A stretch of DNA of 59,864 bases, the filler included, from Platydemus manokwari (taxonomy: Eukaryota), in NCBI GenBank assembly GCA_037951405.1. It is 5 parts of 5 records of this genome, joined end to end, with 100 filler letters (N's around TTAATTAATTAA, not from the genome) between each part and the next. Parts side by side here need not be neighbours in the genome. Positions count along the whole stretch, not along the records: positions 23,632 to 33,343 come from JBBMOY011214655.1; positions 33,444 to 49,895 come from JBBMOY011172544.1; 3 more parts are not named here. The stretch is one strand, 5' to 3'. Below, in pieces: positions 24,103 through 36,800 of the stretch. The number at the start of each line of letters is the position of its first letter. Position 1 is the stretch's first letter. The translations under genes were made by a program, and so were the position numbers. The notes under the pieces were generated by a model, which saw nothing but the letters and a program-made list of their open reading frames with translations, did not search any database and was not told the DNA's origin.

Positions 24103-24620
24103 AATAATTAACAATAGTAATATTTCCTATACGTTTCCTGTATATTTCAAATAATTTTTACCACAATTGTTTGCAGCAATCAATAATATATTAGATATAT
24201 TTTCAGAGCTTCATAATCAGAAAATCTTTCTTTCATTAGCACAATAATTCAAATGTTGATCTAACAATTTTGAACAAATATAACTTCAAATTTGGTTAAT
24301 TTACGAAATTATTTTAATATCAGATTCACACCTAAAGTTCCACTAATTGATCAAAAATGACTTTATCAAATAATAATTTTTTTCACTGTTTATTGAATAG
24401 AATCCCAATTTATAAATTCATAAAATGACAAATCTTATAAGCCGTTTGAGTAATTTTTTATGAGAGTTTTAATAAAAAATTGTTTCAGGAATAACTTGCC
24501 AAAGTGGGATCCGAAATTGAAATAAAAATAATTAATTGATTTAATACATTCTAATGATGTCCAAAAATAATTTGGATAGAATAGTGATAAGAATAATTAT
24601 AATAAGCACACATTTCATAC

Positions 24621-27600
24621 CCTGGCCATCAATTCCAATCCCAATATATCAGCCTCGTATTCGAGCCTTCGACTATGTGGTAGGTCCAAAAATACCTTTA
24701 AAAATTATCTGATAAAAATCATTTCCAACACGGGAAATATACTACCTCACTGAATCTATTTTTAAGCCAGTTACTGAAAAATGCCATTAAATCGTCAGGA
24801 ATGACAGTCCATAAAATAAATCCCACAACAGATACCATTAAATAAGTGAAAAACTTTCGGCTGAACGTCTCTCTCTTAAGAAGGAAATAAGAGGAAATCA
24901 ATGATACAGTATTGTTTTACTCCATGATCCAAGATTATATGTGACAATTCGTGGGAGAGAACTGTTGCCAATTGGTGACGGTTTTCAATAGGCTTTAGTA
25001 ATCCAGTGAATATTATAATTATGCCACTCTTTCAAGGATAATAATTTATAAACTTTTATAAGTCAATGTTTACCGAAGAAATTAAGGCTTTGATCTTATA
25101 ATCATTTTCATACACAAAAACTTTCCATTTTTTAGATAAAGTTGGAAAACGTTCGACATTTTTACTAATTAATCTATCAAGAACATACTTGACATATCTG
25201 CTGTATGGATGATCAGAGCCTAATACTCTACCTTTAGGCATATCGATCTGTAATAACAACAACATCAATAATAATAATAATCCAGTACAAAGAAATATTT
25301 AAATGAAACGATCTAGATAATATATAATTATAATAATATGTTAGTATTAAATCCTTCATCATTATTATACTTAATTATTTTTATCCCTTACATTGAATTA
25401 CAAATTATAGAGCTAAGTTTTTTTACATTTCTGGTATCCAAAAAGATTTTCATAATCATTTTTATCAAAACTTTCCTTATATTTCTTATCTTTGTATTCT
25501 TATGATAATTTTAGCTTTATATTCGTTCTTTCAACTAATTATGAAAGCTTCATCGATCTATAAAAACACTTAACTTGTTATTATATATATACGTGAGTGT
25601 GATGTAGACGTAAAGGTTGTTGCGCGAGAAGTTACTCTAATTCTATTCCTTGTTTAGTAGTTTATTAATTCAAATATCCATTAAAATTTAGATCCCGTTC
25701 ATTTATTAGTAATTACTTTAGAGTTGCTTAATTTCAATCCAGTTTACCAAACTTCGTAATAGAGTAAAGATATTTCAATTGTCGGCTTAGTGTGTTTTCA
25801 ACACAGTAAATAAGAATTATTCAATTCCGTATTAGAAAACACTATTGATAAATGAGTACTCGTCATATCAGATACTAAAAGAAGTACTTTAATAATATAT
25901 ATAATTATATATAATCAATTTCCTTATTACTCTGTGAGTGTTATCATACATGGATTCGAATTAACGATAATATATTGATGAAAACAGTGAACATAAATTT
26001 AAATTAGCTTTAATTAAAATTTGTACATATTGATAAAATTTTTTTCAGTTACTTTCATCTTTTTACAATTATGTTTACCCGTTTCTTCTTCCTGTTATTT
26101 TCGACTTTATTTTCTATGTTATATTTCAGCCATATTCAACAATTATTAATATTCACTACTCCTCCATTTAATAATGATCGTCAGTTCTTCATTAATTCGA
26201 TATTCTAATGTAGAATGTTTATTAATTTTACATTTTTCTTCTATTTTGTAATTATCTATTTCTGCTCTTTCATCACAAAAGTTATCGTGTTGCTTGTCCA
26301 ACTCTATCTGTGATAACCTTTTCCTTATATTATCTTATTCAACTTAACTGTTTGATGGTACCTTTCTGCGTAATCCGAAAACTTCCCAGGAGATGATATT
26401 TCCCTATAAATATTGTATTATATATTTATATAGCCTTTTGACTAACATTCATTTTTTTCTTTATATTTCCCATTCAACCCGATGAGTTTCGATAAACTAT
26501 ATTACCTATGTTCTCTGATTACCTTCGAAAATAGTAATTGATTTCTATAATTTTTGTTTCTTATATCCCATAGCCTCCTTTCCATTATGCTAAGTGTCCA
26601 CTTCTATATTGTTTCTAATTTTAAATATGTCTCGAACTCTGCCCAAATATTCAGTACTGTCATTTGACTTCATAGCTTATCCCATCACTATCTTTTTGTT
26701 CCTTTGAACCGACATTTATAGTTCTCATTACAATACAAATTACTCGGGTCCTGTTCAGCTCTGTGAGCCAAAGTATTTCTATCATTTTTATTTTCGATGC
26801 TTGTATTTTGTTTTTTAGATTATGACGTAAAATTAACTTTAAAAACATTCGCTGCACATCTACATTCAGAATTCAATTCAATACGATCATACTTCATAAG
26901 AAGCTGATCGACAGCTGGTTCTCATTGTGATTTTTTCTTTCTCTGCTGCAGTCTATGTAAGTTCCTTGTTCCGTGATCATACATTTTTATTGGCCTATTC
27001 TTCATCTTTTACAGAACGTTGCCTTGTGAATTTAGCTTATTTTCAACGAGAAAATAGTTTCTATTTTGTTATTTTCTGATTCATAATGCATAGAATAGCA
27101 AAATTCGAAAAAAATTGTTAAAATGACATTGATTTTATATCGGCTTTGATATGATTTTTCCAGTTTTCGCTAACCTTTATTGACTCGACTGATAGGTTGT
27201 CACAGATTCAAAAGGCGTAAATCTAATGATCATCTCACTATTTTACAGATATTAACATGAAACTTTTTCAAAAACGCTGAGTGGTCAATGACATTTGACT
27301 AGCCTGATATTAAGAAAAAACTTCAAATATGGTCTGGATTGATTCAAATAAAATATTTACAAGATCTTATTATTAATCGACATTTTTGCAAGTACCAAAT
27401 CTTTGATTTTCTTGGCCAGCGGTGTATCAATTCGATATGGTTAGCCTTCAACATGTCCGGGATCCTTTGATCATTTTATTCCACTGATATGCTCTCATTT
27501 TTGATATAGTCATACACCTCTCCAAGGGCTTTCATTTCGCAAATAAAATTTAATGCAACATCGTTTTTCAACACTTTTTTGTTTTGATAATGATGAGAAT

Positions 27601-30600
27601 AACTTTTTAACCAATGATGATATTAATATGAAATATCACACTGTATCTAAGCCAGTATTAGCAACCTAAAAATTACTCATTAATTTAAAATCGAAAATTG
27701 ATTATATTAATACCTCTTAATAAATGCGTGGCACATCAATATTCTATAAATAAAAATAAATGCTCCAACCAAATAATAATTTGAATATTAATGCGACTTA
27801 GACAGAGGGCCATATGTATTATGAATAATTTTCCCTTGTTTGCATGCCCAGTGGAAATTTGAACTGATTGAGTATAATCTCATTTGAATAAATAATTTAT
27901 TATACGACTTGCCAAAAATAATGTGAGCTTTTTAGTTTCAAAAATGTTATAAAATGCACCTAAAATCTCCTATTGTAATAATATACGTAAACGTCAGAGA
28001 GAATAATCATTGTGATAACATTTGTTCAATGAAATGATTGTAGAACAGTTCAAGGAGAGTCATATGTCTTGGTTAGTGATTTGGACATTTGTTACTAAAT
28101 TTGGTATTACATTTATTATTAGTAAAGACTGTTTTATTTAGAAACATTGATATTATTTCAGTTTAATTTTTACTTGAGTTAGCAAATATTATTTTTTATT
28201 ATTGGCTGATTTTGCTTTGTAATCAGTCATGTTTTTTAAGATTTACCAAAGCCTAATTAATTCTGAACTTATTTTTGGTCATTTCAAAATCAATACTTTT
28301 ATATATTTGATTTTTTATTTCTATTAATTTATTCTTTTAAATTTTAGGGCTTAAATTAATAAAAAGGATTCTATAACGCAATGTGAATATGTATTTTCGT
28401 GCAAAATTTAATTGAAAAATTTATTTTTAAATCATACTTTTATGAAATTTTTACATAAAATTCAATTTTAGATGAAAAAGCCAGCTAAATTTTATTGCCA
28501 AAACAGCAATTATAATTCAAAATTGATTGTAGAAAGTATCTCACGATATTGAAGGCATCACCACATTTAAATTGTTGCCTCCATACTTTTGCGTAAATAT
28601 AGAATAATACGGCTTTTTTTGGATCGACTTCTGGGACAGCCATCCTTAAGCACTTTCCAATGTACTTCTATGTCTAGAGTGTAAATATCTTGGTTTTCTG
28701 AATTTACAAAGCACTTCGAATGATTAACGGTGCTATGTTGATAACCAAGGCTTTGAAGACGGCTATACGATCTCCAGCAATCTGTATATATTATGGATCT
28801 TGGTCTCACTAATCTACAATTAAATAAATGTATTGTAAATATAGTATTTCTTTAAATACTATATTACTGTGTGACTATTGATTCTAGAGTTGCAGCGCTT
28901 ACGATTATTTTTATCTTGGTGAAATCTTCATTGGATCGCCACATCAAAATATTTTGGATCTATTTATCAAACTTATTAAATAATTATCTATGCACTTATT
29001 TTGAGTTAAAAAATAATTACCTAATTCCTGGCATCTTTCAAAATTTTTCTTTATCAATTCTTGAAAAATAATTCTAAACATTTTGGATATCTTTCCATTT
29101 GCTTCTAATGTTAAAAAGGGGTCCTCGCTAATTTTCAAAAACTTGCATTTTGTCCTATTTGACCGTTTTCAAATAATTAATTTTTAGTAGATTTTGAATC
29201 TCTATTGTATATAATACATGATTATAAACAACTAAATTTCTTCTCAATTACTTAAATAAAAAATTCAAAATGTTCTTAAAGAATATAATTATATAATCTA
29301 TATAGATTTTTCCAATACACTTCAAAATTTAAAATTTTAACTTTAGCCAATTTTAGATATAATAGCTTAGAATCCCAGAACTCTAATCAGTTCAGTACTA
29401 ATCAACTAATAGCAGTAATAATCATATGATGAATAATAATAATTGATTACTCTTTATAAGCAGCAACTTCCTTCTCTTCTAAAATTTTCAATAATTGATC
29501 TTTTCAGAATCGAATTCAGCGTCGTGATCGTCATGTAAGCCGCTACTATTTTCTAAAGCACGCATTGAAAACAAAATGAATAGTCACGACTTCAAATTAT
29601 CTATTTAAATACGCCATATTTAAACAAATTAATATAATTTTATATAAAATCTTGATTTAATCTTTAAAAATTTAATTTTCATACTCTTGATGAGAAAAAG
29701 ATAAAATTATTTATGAATAATCAAAACTTTTTTGATTGGTTTATTCAATAGATTGTTATTATAATATAACTATTATAATTATTACAATATAATTATAAAT
29801 GATAACATAACAGCTCTAATTAATAAAGCTAATCATCATTGACCTATATAATCAGGAGTCGGGTTTTAAAAACGTCAAAAACATCGTGATTATGAAAATA
29901 ATTATCATAAAATGGACAATTATATTACTGCTCGATTTTCTGAAACATATTGCCCCCAGGCATAAAACTACCAAGTTATTGGGAATAACAATCAATAGGA
30001 ATATGATTGAAATGTAATAATTTCAGTTAATTATTGTTTTACAACAATTAAAAAAATAATTATTATTGATTTGTTTTAAAATGACATTATTTGACATAAT
30101 ATGTTAGCTATAGAGTCTAAAACATTTAGTGTTACAACTTGCCCATATACAATGTTAAACTTGATAATAAAATAGAAGAAATTAAATCGTTAGTTTTCAT
30201 TCGAATTAACTTTGAAGATGATTTCAAAATATCTATTCATAATTTACCCCGTCTCGTGAGTCATCAAGAATCTTATCAAACTTCTCCCTACTGAGAAGCA
30301 TTAATCGCTTTCGCCCAGTAATGGGACAGATCTCGATGTGACGATAACAGAAAATTGCTTCCGATACAATAATTAACGTAACAACACCACTGATTAACTT
30401 GTGATGACATTTAAACTTATTTATATACTTTGATTTTTCAGTTTCACTGAGTTTCTGCCACCAACGATTTATCAATCTATAATAGTTGATAATAATAGAT
30501 GCAAAGGCTAATTGATTATTACAAACCTTCCTGATATCATTAAAGAAGTTCTAAAAGCAACATGAAGCAATTCCTTAATAGGAAGACCTTGATGTTGATA

Positions 30601-30702
30601 TATCGGTTCTTTAGCCTTATATTTGAATACTGACCGCGTTTTATGGTAATCAAATGATTTGTAAAAAGCTTTCTTCAAAAATAGAAGTGGATACGATCGA
30701 TA
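24621..30702 (-). CDS. OMA1: OMA1-like mitochondrial M48 zinc metalloendopeptidase (partial, 6 exons)
   Basis: Phase-consistent GT-AG exons: 30527-30702, 30248-30476, 25074-25247, 24921-25028, 24746-24874, 24621-24695 (297 codons). Motifs: GRLINRWWQKL, HIEICPITGRKRLML, HPYSRYV, IIFTGLL, QLATVLSHELSH (HExxH) and LPHSRRLEYEAD (third Zn ligand). Start codon and final exon(s) with the THP motif not found. Confidence 0.9.
27080..27600 (-). mobile_element. Degenerate mariner transposase relic in the OMA1 intron
   Basis: Frameshifted minus-strand segments match the mariner consensus in the expected order: EKRCCIKFYLRNE, ALGE, RAYQWNKMIK, HVEG*P, KKIKDLVL, TTYQSSQ*, KSYQSRYKINVILTIFF and MHYE. Confidence 0.7.
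28560..29160 (-). mobile_element. Merlin (IS1595/ISXO2-like DDE) transposase relic containing an apparent spliceosomal intron
   Basis: VRPRSIIYTDCWRSYSRLQSLGYQHSTVNHSKCFVNSENQDIYTLDIEVHWKVLK matches the ISXO2/Merlin motifs (I.TD.W..Y, GY.H.TVNHS..FV, T..IE..W). Upstream SAATLESIVT joins it in frame across a GT-AG segment at 28814-28867. Confidence 0.85.
29470..29680 (+). repeat. Copy of the same unclassified interspersed repeat
   Basis: TCTTTTCAGAATCGAATTC...CATGTAAGCCGCTACTATTTTCTAAAGCACGCATTGAAAACAAAATGAATAGTCACGACTTCAAATT. Confidence 0.75.
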
Positions 30703-31299
30703 CTAAAAATGTTATTTATAGGCGATAAGAAAAAAAAATAGAAGTATCAAAATAAATTTAAATATTTAACCGTATCTATATTATTTAAACATTTGCTAAG
30801 GCAACTTGAAGTAACACTAATTTATTAAAATTACATAAATTATGTTAAAATTACACCAAAAGACATCATCTGGTGTTGTTATTTAGATAAAACTGAATAT
30901 TATAGATGTAGATATTGGATATCAAATGTGTCAAATAAAATCTTTAAAAAATCTAGCTTGAAATTATTTTTCAATTTTATTTGCATTGCATATTTAACGT
31001 TAAATATATTTTAATAAGGTATTATCTGATATGAACACGTTTGTCGATAATAAATATGATTGATAAGTAACCATCGTCAGGATGCGAAAAACGTATAAAT
31101 CAAATTATTGGGTTCGATTAATTAAAATTATAATTATCTTGAAATATTGAGGTCATCATCAATAATAATTTACAAACAATAAAATACAAAATTAAAAACA
31201 AATTAAACTAATGTGTTCAGATATGAATTAGTTTTTTATACAAAAATTCCAAACTAAATTTTTTTGAAGCATTAACATAAGTGTTTTCAAGCACTTGTA

Positions 31300-31880
31300 G
31301 GGATCTTAGCTAAGTTTCGAACTGTAGCAGGTTGTTTCGCATGTTGTTGAGATTGTGGATATTTGTTGCTTTATTGGATATTTCTGCAGTTGCAAATATT
31401 ATGGAAGTTTTCTGTGCCATGTTTCCATTATTTTTAGGCATTATGTTATTGTGTTGAGTACGTCTCTGCGCAAGTAGACTTATAGTTTGTCCTTCATGAT
31501 TGAGTTTAACTAGTGGTGGTCGTGCTTGGGTAGTTTCTGGACTGGTGTTGGATACGTCTCTGTTGAAAAACCTGAGTTCTGTTAATACGCATTTAGTTGT
31601 AAGTCCACGTGACCCTCCAACTCCGAAAGTGAGTGTGTGATGACCCTTTGAGTAGAGGGAGATAAGACTATTTTGGTTATAGTGGCAACATGACTGCCTA
31701 CGTAATACAGAGTTAGAGAAGAGCTAATCAAGGAATTTTCCAGTGTAAAAGCCAAGTAAGCGGGTGCCAGAAGTTCCATATTTAGTAGAGCTCTGTCATC
31801 GATAAGGAGGTAAAGCATTCTCAAGATTGATCCAAATTTATCAGTGCAAGTTCAAGTCTGTCCAGGTAATCTAAAATTTC
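31300..31880 (-). mobile_element. Probable degraded retrotransposon coding remnant (possibly a non-LTR ORF1)
   Basis: GC content is locally elevated and long, frameshifted open segments lie on the minus strand. LVKLNHEGQTISLLAQRRTQHNNIMPKNNGNMAQK resembles a decayed pre-zinc-knuckle region. No diagnostic motif is intact. Confidence 0.3.
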
Positions 31881-33343
31881 TTTCATATGACGTTTGAATT
31901 TTGGTCTATCTTACCAGTTAATTTGTCAAACGCCGGGTTAGTTAGTTGATGCACGATAGATAATAGGTCGGTTAGTGAGACACATGGTTGTCGCAATTTT
32001 CAGTTGTTTAAAATATTCCAAGGTTTGATTTGGACACTTAATTCAAACAAAACCCAAATATCGTTCGGTTAGCTTTGAAATGATTTCTTTCACGAAAAGG
32101 TTTAAGTTAATTTTTTCAAAGCTATTTTCTGAATTTTCTTTCTACTTTTATTCCTTTTTTACGTTGTTTTTGCATAATCAATTTTATTATTTTCTATTTT
32201 TTATTGGTTTTTTAAATCAACTTTTTTCTGCTCTGATAATTTTATTCATTTTAATTTGATTATTTTTCAAATTTAACTTCATTTAGTTTATTAGTGGCCT
32301 TAATCCTTATTTCCTATATTCTGATTTCTTAATATTCCGGATTTTATTTATTATTTTAATTATAGTTTTATTGTATATCGACAATAAAATATACAATTTT
32401 TAAATAAAAACATTAAAAAACCAAGTCAAATTCAGATTTAATATTTTTTTTCAAATTCACAAATATTTCAGAATAAGAATAATAATTCGAAATTACAATA
32501 AGATAAAAATTTTCAGAAAAACATGATAAGAAAATCAGATAATTGTCTCAAAATAATAATTGCCAAATCTCACATGATTGTAACCACCTTCTAATTTTGT
32601 TTGTAGAAGAGCAGACGAAAGAAGACACATACAAAATAACAATAACATTTTTGTGCAAATAACAACATATTGATTTGTGATTCGTAGGTTATCTTGACAT
32701 AAATATATAAAATATTAAAAGCTTTCTATATGTGCCTGATTCACCAGAGATAGGTGACAATAGTTCTCAGCACTATATTTTTCACAGTATTCAGGAAACG
32801 CCAACGTCTCAGTATAAATTACATTGTAATTGTAAGAATTTTAATAATCTTATTGCACTGATATAATTAAAGAAAAATGGATTTTATTTATCTTCAGATA
32901 TTTTTAAATACACCTTAATTATAATTAATACACGCAACCTACGCTTCGACACTCTGAAAAATCTGATAGTGTTTGCATTATCTAATCTAAGTCAATATTC
33001 ACAGTTAATCAATTATTGTATATATCATCATATTCCATCAATATATTGTGACTTATTATACATCATTTTTTAACCGATTAAAAATGTTTGCACATGAAGG
33101 TCAAGATAATACTTCATTTACTGATACTAAATGTTTAAACTTGATTTCGAGATTTAAATTCTTCATTTAAATTTTGTTATCATGATCCATTTAAATAGAT
33201 TTTGTTAAATTTTATTAAAATGACAGAATTAAATGAATAGATCATCTCCAAATTTATATTCAAGTATTTACACCTTCTAAGTATTTATTTACAATATGAT
33301 GGACATGCGGCCTGGCGTTATCATGTAGTAAAATTACTTTATC

Positions 33344-33443
33344 NNNNNNNNNNNNNNNNNNNNNNNNNNNNNNNNNNNNNNNNNNNNTTAATTAATTAAN
33401 NNNNNNNNNNNNNNNNNNNNNNNNNNNNNNNNNNNNNNNNNNN
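33344..33443. other. Artificial assembly linker N44-TTAATTAATTAA-N44
   Basis: Identical 100-nt spacer. Confidence 0.97.
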
Positions 33444-33861
33444 ATGTCATATCTGCAAATGGAAAATATTTTGATTGAATTTCATTAAATAAATATTTTA
33501 AAAAATGTTTTTGTTTTTTTTAAAAAAAAGCCGGAATCATACTAATACACCTAATATAATGTGACAAATAATTATGGCTTTTTACAATAATTATGCGAGA
33601 TGAATGTGAGTAGAATTACATAATTGTTGATTCAAGATACCATTAGATACTAATGAGTCGAACAAACTGTGTCATGAGTCTTTCGTTGGATTAACTTTTA
33701 AAAGTGTTAATATTTAAATCAGAAATCCTTTCAAAGTATAATCCTAAATTAATCAGCAAATAGAAATGAAGCTTTGAAATTTTTAAGCTTTTGATATAAT
33801 CGTTTTAAACTTTATACATCACACAAATCAATAATAATATCACACAATCAACAAATCTAAC

Positions 33862-36800
33862 TATAAGCTTCTCTAAATGTGCTTTTATCTTGTGTCATGA
33901 GATTATCAATGATGACTTTCCAAGATTTCAAAGATATGACATCGAATTGGAAGAAATATGATTCAAAAAGTAAATCAAAAATATCTTTTCTCCAGGACCG
34001 TCTAGTATGCTGATAACTGCTCAGAGATGCCATCAATTGACTTGCAATTCGAAAATTTAAAAGATTTCCCATGCTAAACGATACAGTTATCATAAAATAT
34101 AAATCAATATCTGGGAAATACCTTCGATATCTGAGATATGGCAAAACATTTGGAAAAATAATGGAATTTAAAAAAGGTAAAACTCTTTCTTTTTCCTCAC
34201 TTTTGTATGTAACATCGATTATTGATGCTAAATGCTGAAATAAAATAATAACATAAATCAATATAATAATAATTATTATTATTACTATTATTATTATAAC
34301 TGCTATAATAATTATTACTATTATTATTGCTATTGTTATTAATACCATTATTATTACTATTATTATTATTACAACTATTACTATTATTAATACCATTCTT
34401 ATTTACTATTATTATTATTAGTAGTAGTAGTAGTAGTAACTAGATAATTAAACACAACAATAATGAATTTTTCATTAAAAAAAATAAAAAAAAACCGTTG
34501 TCAACAAATTAAGAGCTTGCAAAGTAAGAGTTTTAGAAGATGGTGTGCATCTGACATTGATTGTTGCCACTAAAAAAAGAAATCTAAAATTATAATAATT
34601 TACAATATACTAATACATTTGTATGAAGAATCATTGTTTTGAGTGAGGTTGGATAATGAATTTTTCGATCCTCTAAATTCGATGGCAGCTGAATTTATTC
34701 GAGGAACATTCATTTGATTTACAGTTTCATTATTTTGTGATACATTGTTGGTTTCAGTTGTTTCACATTGAATCTCATTTATAGTATTCATTGAATAAAC
34801 TATTCCATCCGAATTGACTTCACCAGCAGCCCCTGTATCATCTCCAACGTCATTATCCAATTTCAATTGAGCCGCTCTTCTGAACCATGATGGTTGTTCT
34901 AAGGACGAACCAGCAATGATTGCTACATTTTCCAAAACCTTTTGACAAAGATCCTTTATCGATCGATATATGTGTCAAATCAACCAAAATTTCCCATATA
35001 AAATATACTTGAATATCACGTTGTTCTCGCTTATCGTCTTTTATTGAAACCTTACTAATAAAATCACTGAGAATTCTGAAAAATGAATACATTGATAAAT
35101 TAATTATTTTCTTATCATGCAGCGTAAAGCAAGCAACACCTTCAATGTCTCCCAATTTTTCAACAAAAATATTGTTTCTTCTCTATGAAAAACATAGGCA
35201 AATAAAACAGTTGTATTATTATTGCCATATATTTTGATAGGTGCTGGGATATTAAAACATAAATATTTACCTTTAAAGGTTTCAATTAATTATAACATAT
35301 TTTCACATTTCTATAATATTCACGATAAAGTACAGAGCACAATTATCAAACCTTAACTTTGAATTTAACAAATGATAATTTAAATGAATCTTCGATTTTT
35401 AAAAGAAAAATAAATTTTCGAATCCTGTCATACTAAAGGAGAGAAAATATTTGGAAAACAAATTTCAATCTAAATAGAATTGGTGATCTAATTGTAATAG
35501 CATCATTTGTAGCGAGAGAGACGTTGTGAGAAATAAATTCACTACACAAACTACCTACTACCACACAATTGGTTAAATAAATATTTTAATATTTCATAAA
35601 TCAAATACAGAATAGTGCTAAAATGATCACAGTTATAATGATAAAATAAAACTGATAAAATGACGAAATGCTGGAAAATATTTAACAATATACTACACAG
35701 AATGAAAAATATCCCTGATTCTTCACCAATCAATAACACTGACCGAAAAATATAATTTCCAATACACTATGTTATATCTATTCTCTCTTAAGATGTACTA
35801 ATCAGGTCGATATCATTTCACGAAATATAAAAATTTTAATTTGAGTGTTCCATATCGAGCTCTTTAAGAACAAGATATTTTATTTTGTTTAGAAAATATG
35901 AAATATATTTATATAATAATATTAAATATAAGGTATTATTATATAATATTATAAAATATTAGAAGATCTCCATAATTTGAAAATATCTATAAATATTTTC
36001 AGATGGATTTTACAGAAATTATTATTTTATTATTATTAGCACAACTATTATTATTAAACGTTAGACCAAAGAAATAAATTTCTAACAGAATATAATTATT
36101 GTCGATATTGGAATCAACTATGTATTTCACCAAGGTTTATTTCATATAAATATATGATATTAAAGGCACAGTTTTTGGATAAAACCATCAATAGTCAATA
36201 TTTATTGAGGATTGTGTAAGCCGAAATATAAGTTCAAGGGTCACGAAAGTTTGGTAATTGAAACATTGACAATTTCAAAGAGAAACGAATATTTTATCCG
36301 ATTTTCAATACGACAGTAAAGTAAAAGATTTCACTCAACTTCTCAATCACTCACTGTCACTGCATTTGTAGCCTGAATGACCTGAAAAATTTTATAACTC
36401 AAATCAATATTTTTGAAACATATTCGCACCGGCCGAAAACGTATAAATGAATACAATAATATATGAACAATAAGATCGATCAATTCTTCTTGAGATTGTC
36501 ATAGGCATAAAGATAATTATTAAAACAGTATTATTATTAGCCAATATTAATTATTCAAGCTTAAGAACGAAAATCCTAATATATGTAAATGTTAAATGAT
36601 GGAGCAATCTTTTGTATTAATTGTTTATGTTACGAAAGAAAAAGATAACGTAGGAGAAATAAACATTTTTGTTCGTTTATGGTGTGCATTATAGAAAAAG
36701 TGTAATAAAAATAGATTATAATTAAGTACTTCAACAAAATGAAAGCGGCTGCTGGAGGAAGAATAGAAATACTCTCCTTAAGTAGACCGAATAATGGCGT

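Noticed and set aside
26280-26900. Possible decayed retroelement pol sequence in the OMA1 intron
   Set aside because: No intact diagnostic motif found.
34235-34396. Ile-rich transmembrane-like N-terminus of ORF 33857-34396
   Set aside because: Translation of an intronic ATT microsatellite; the real exon starts at 34234.
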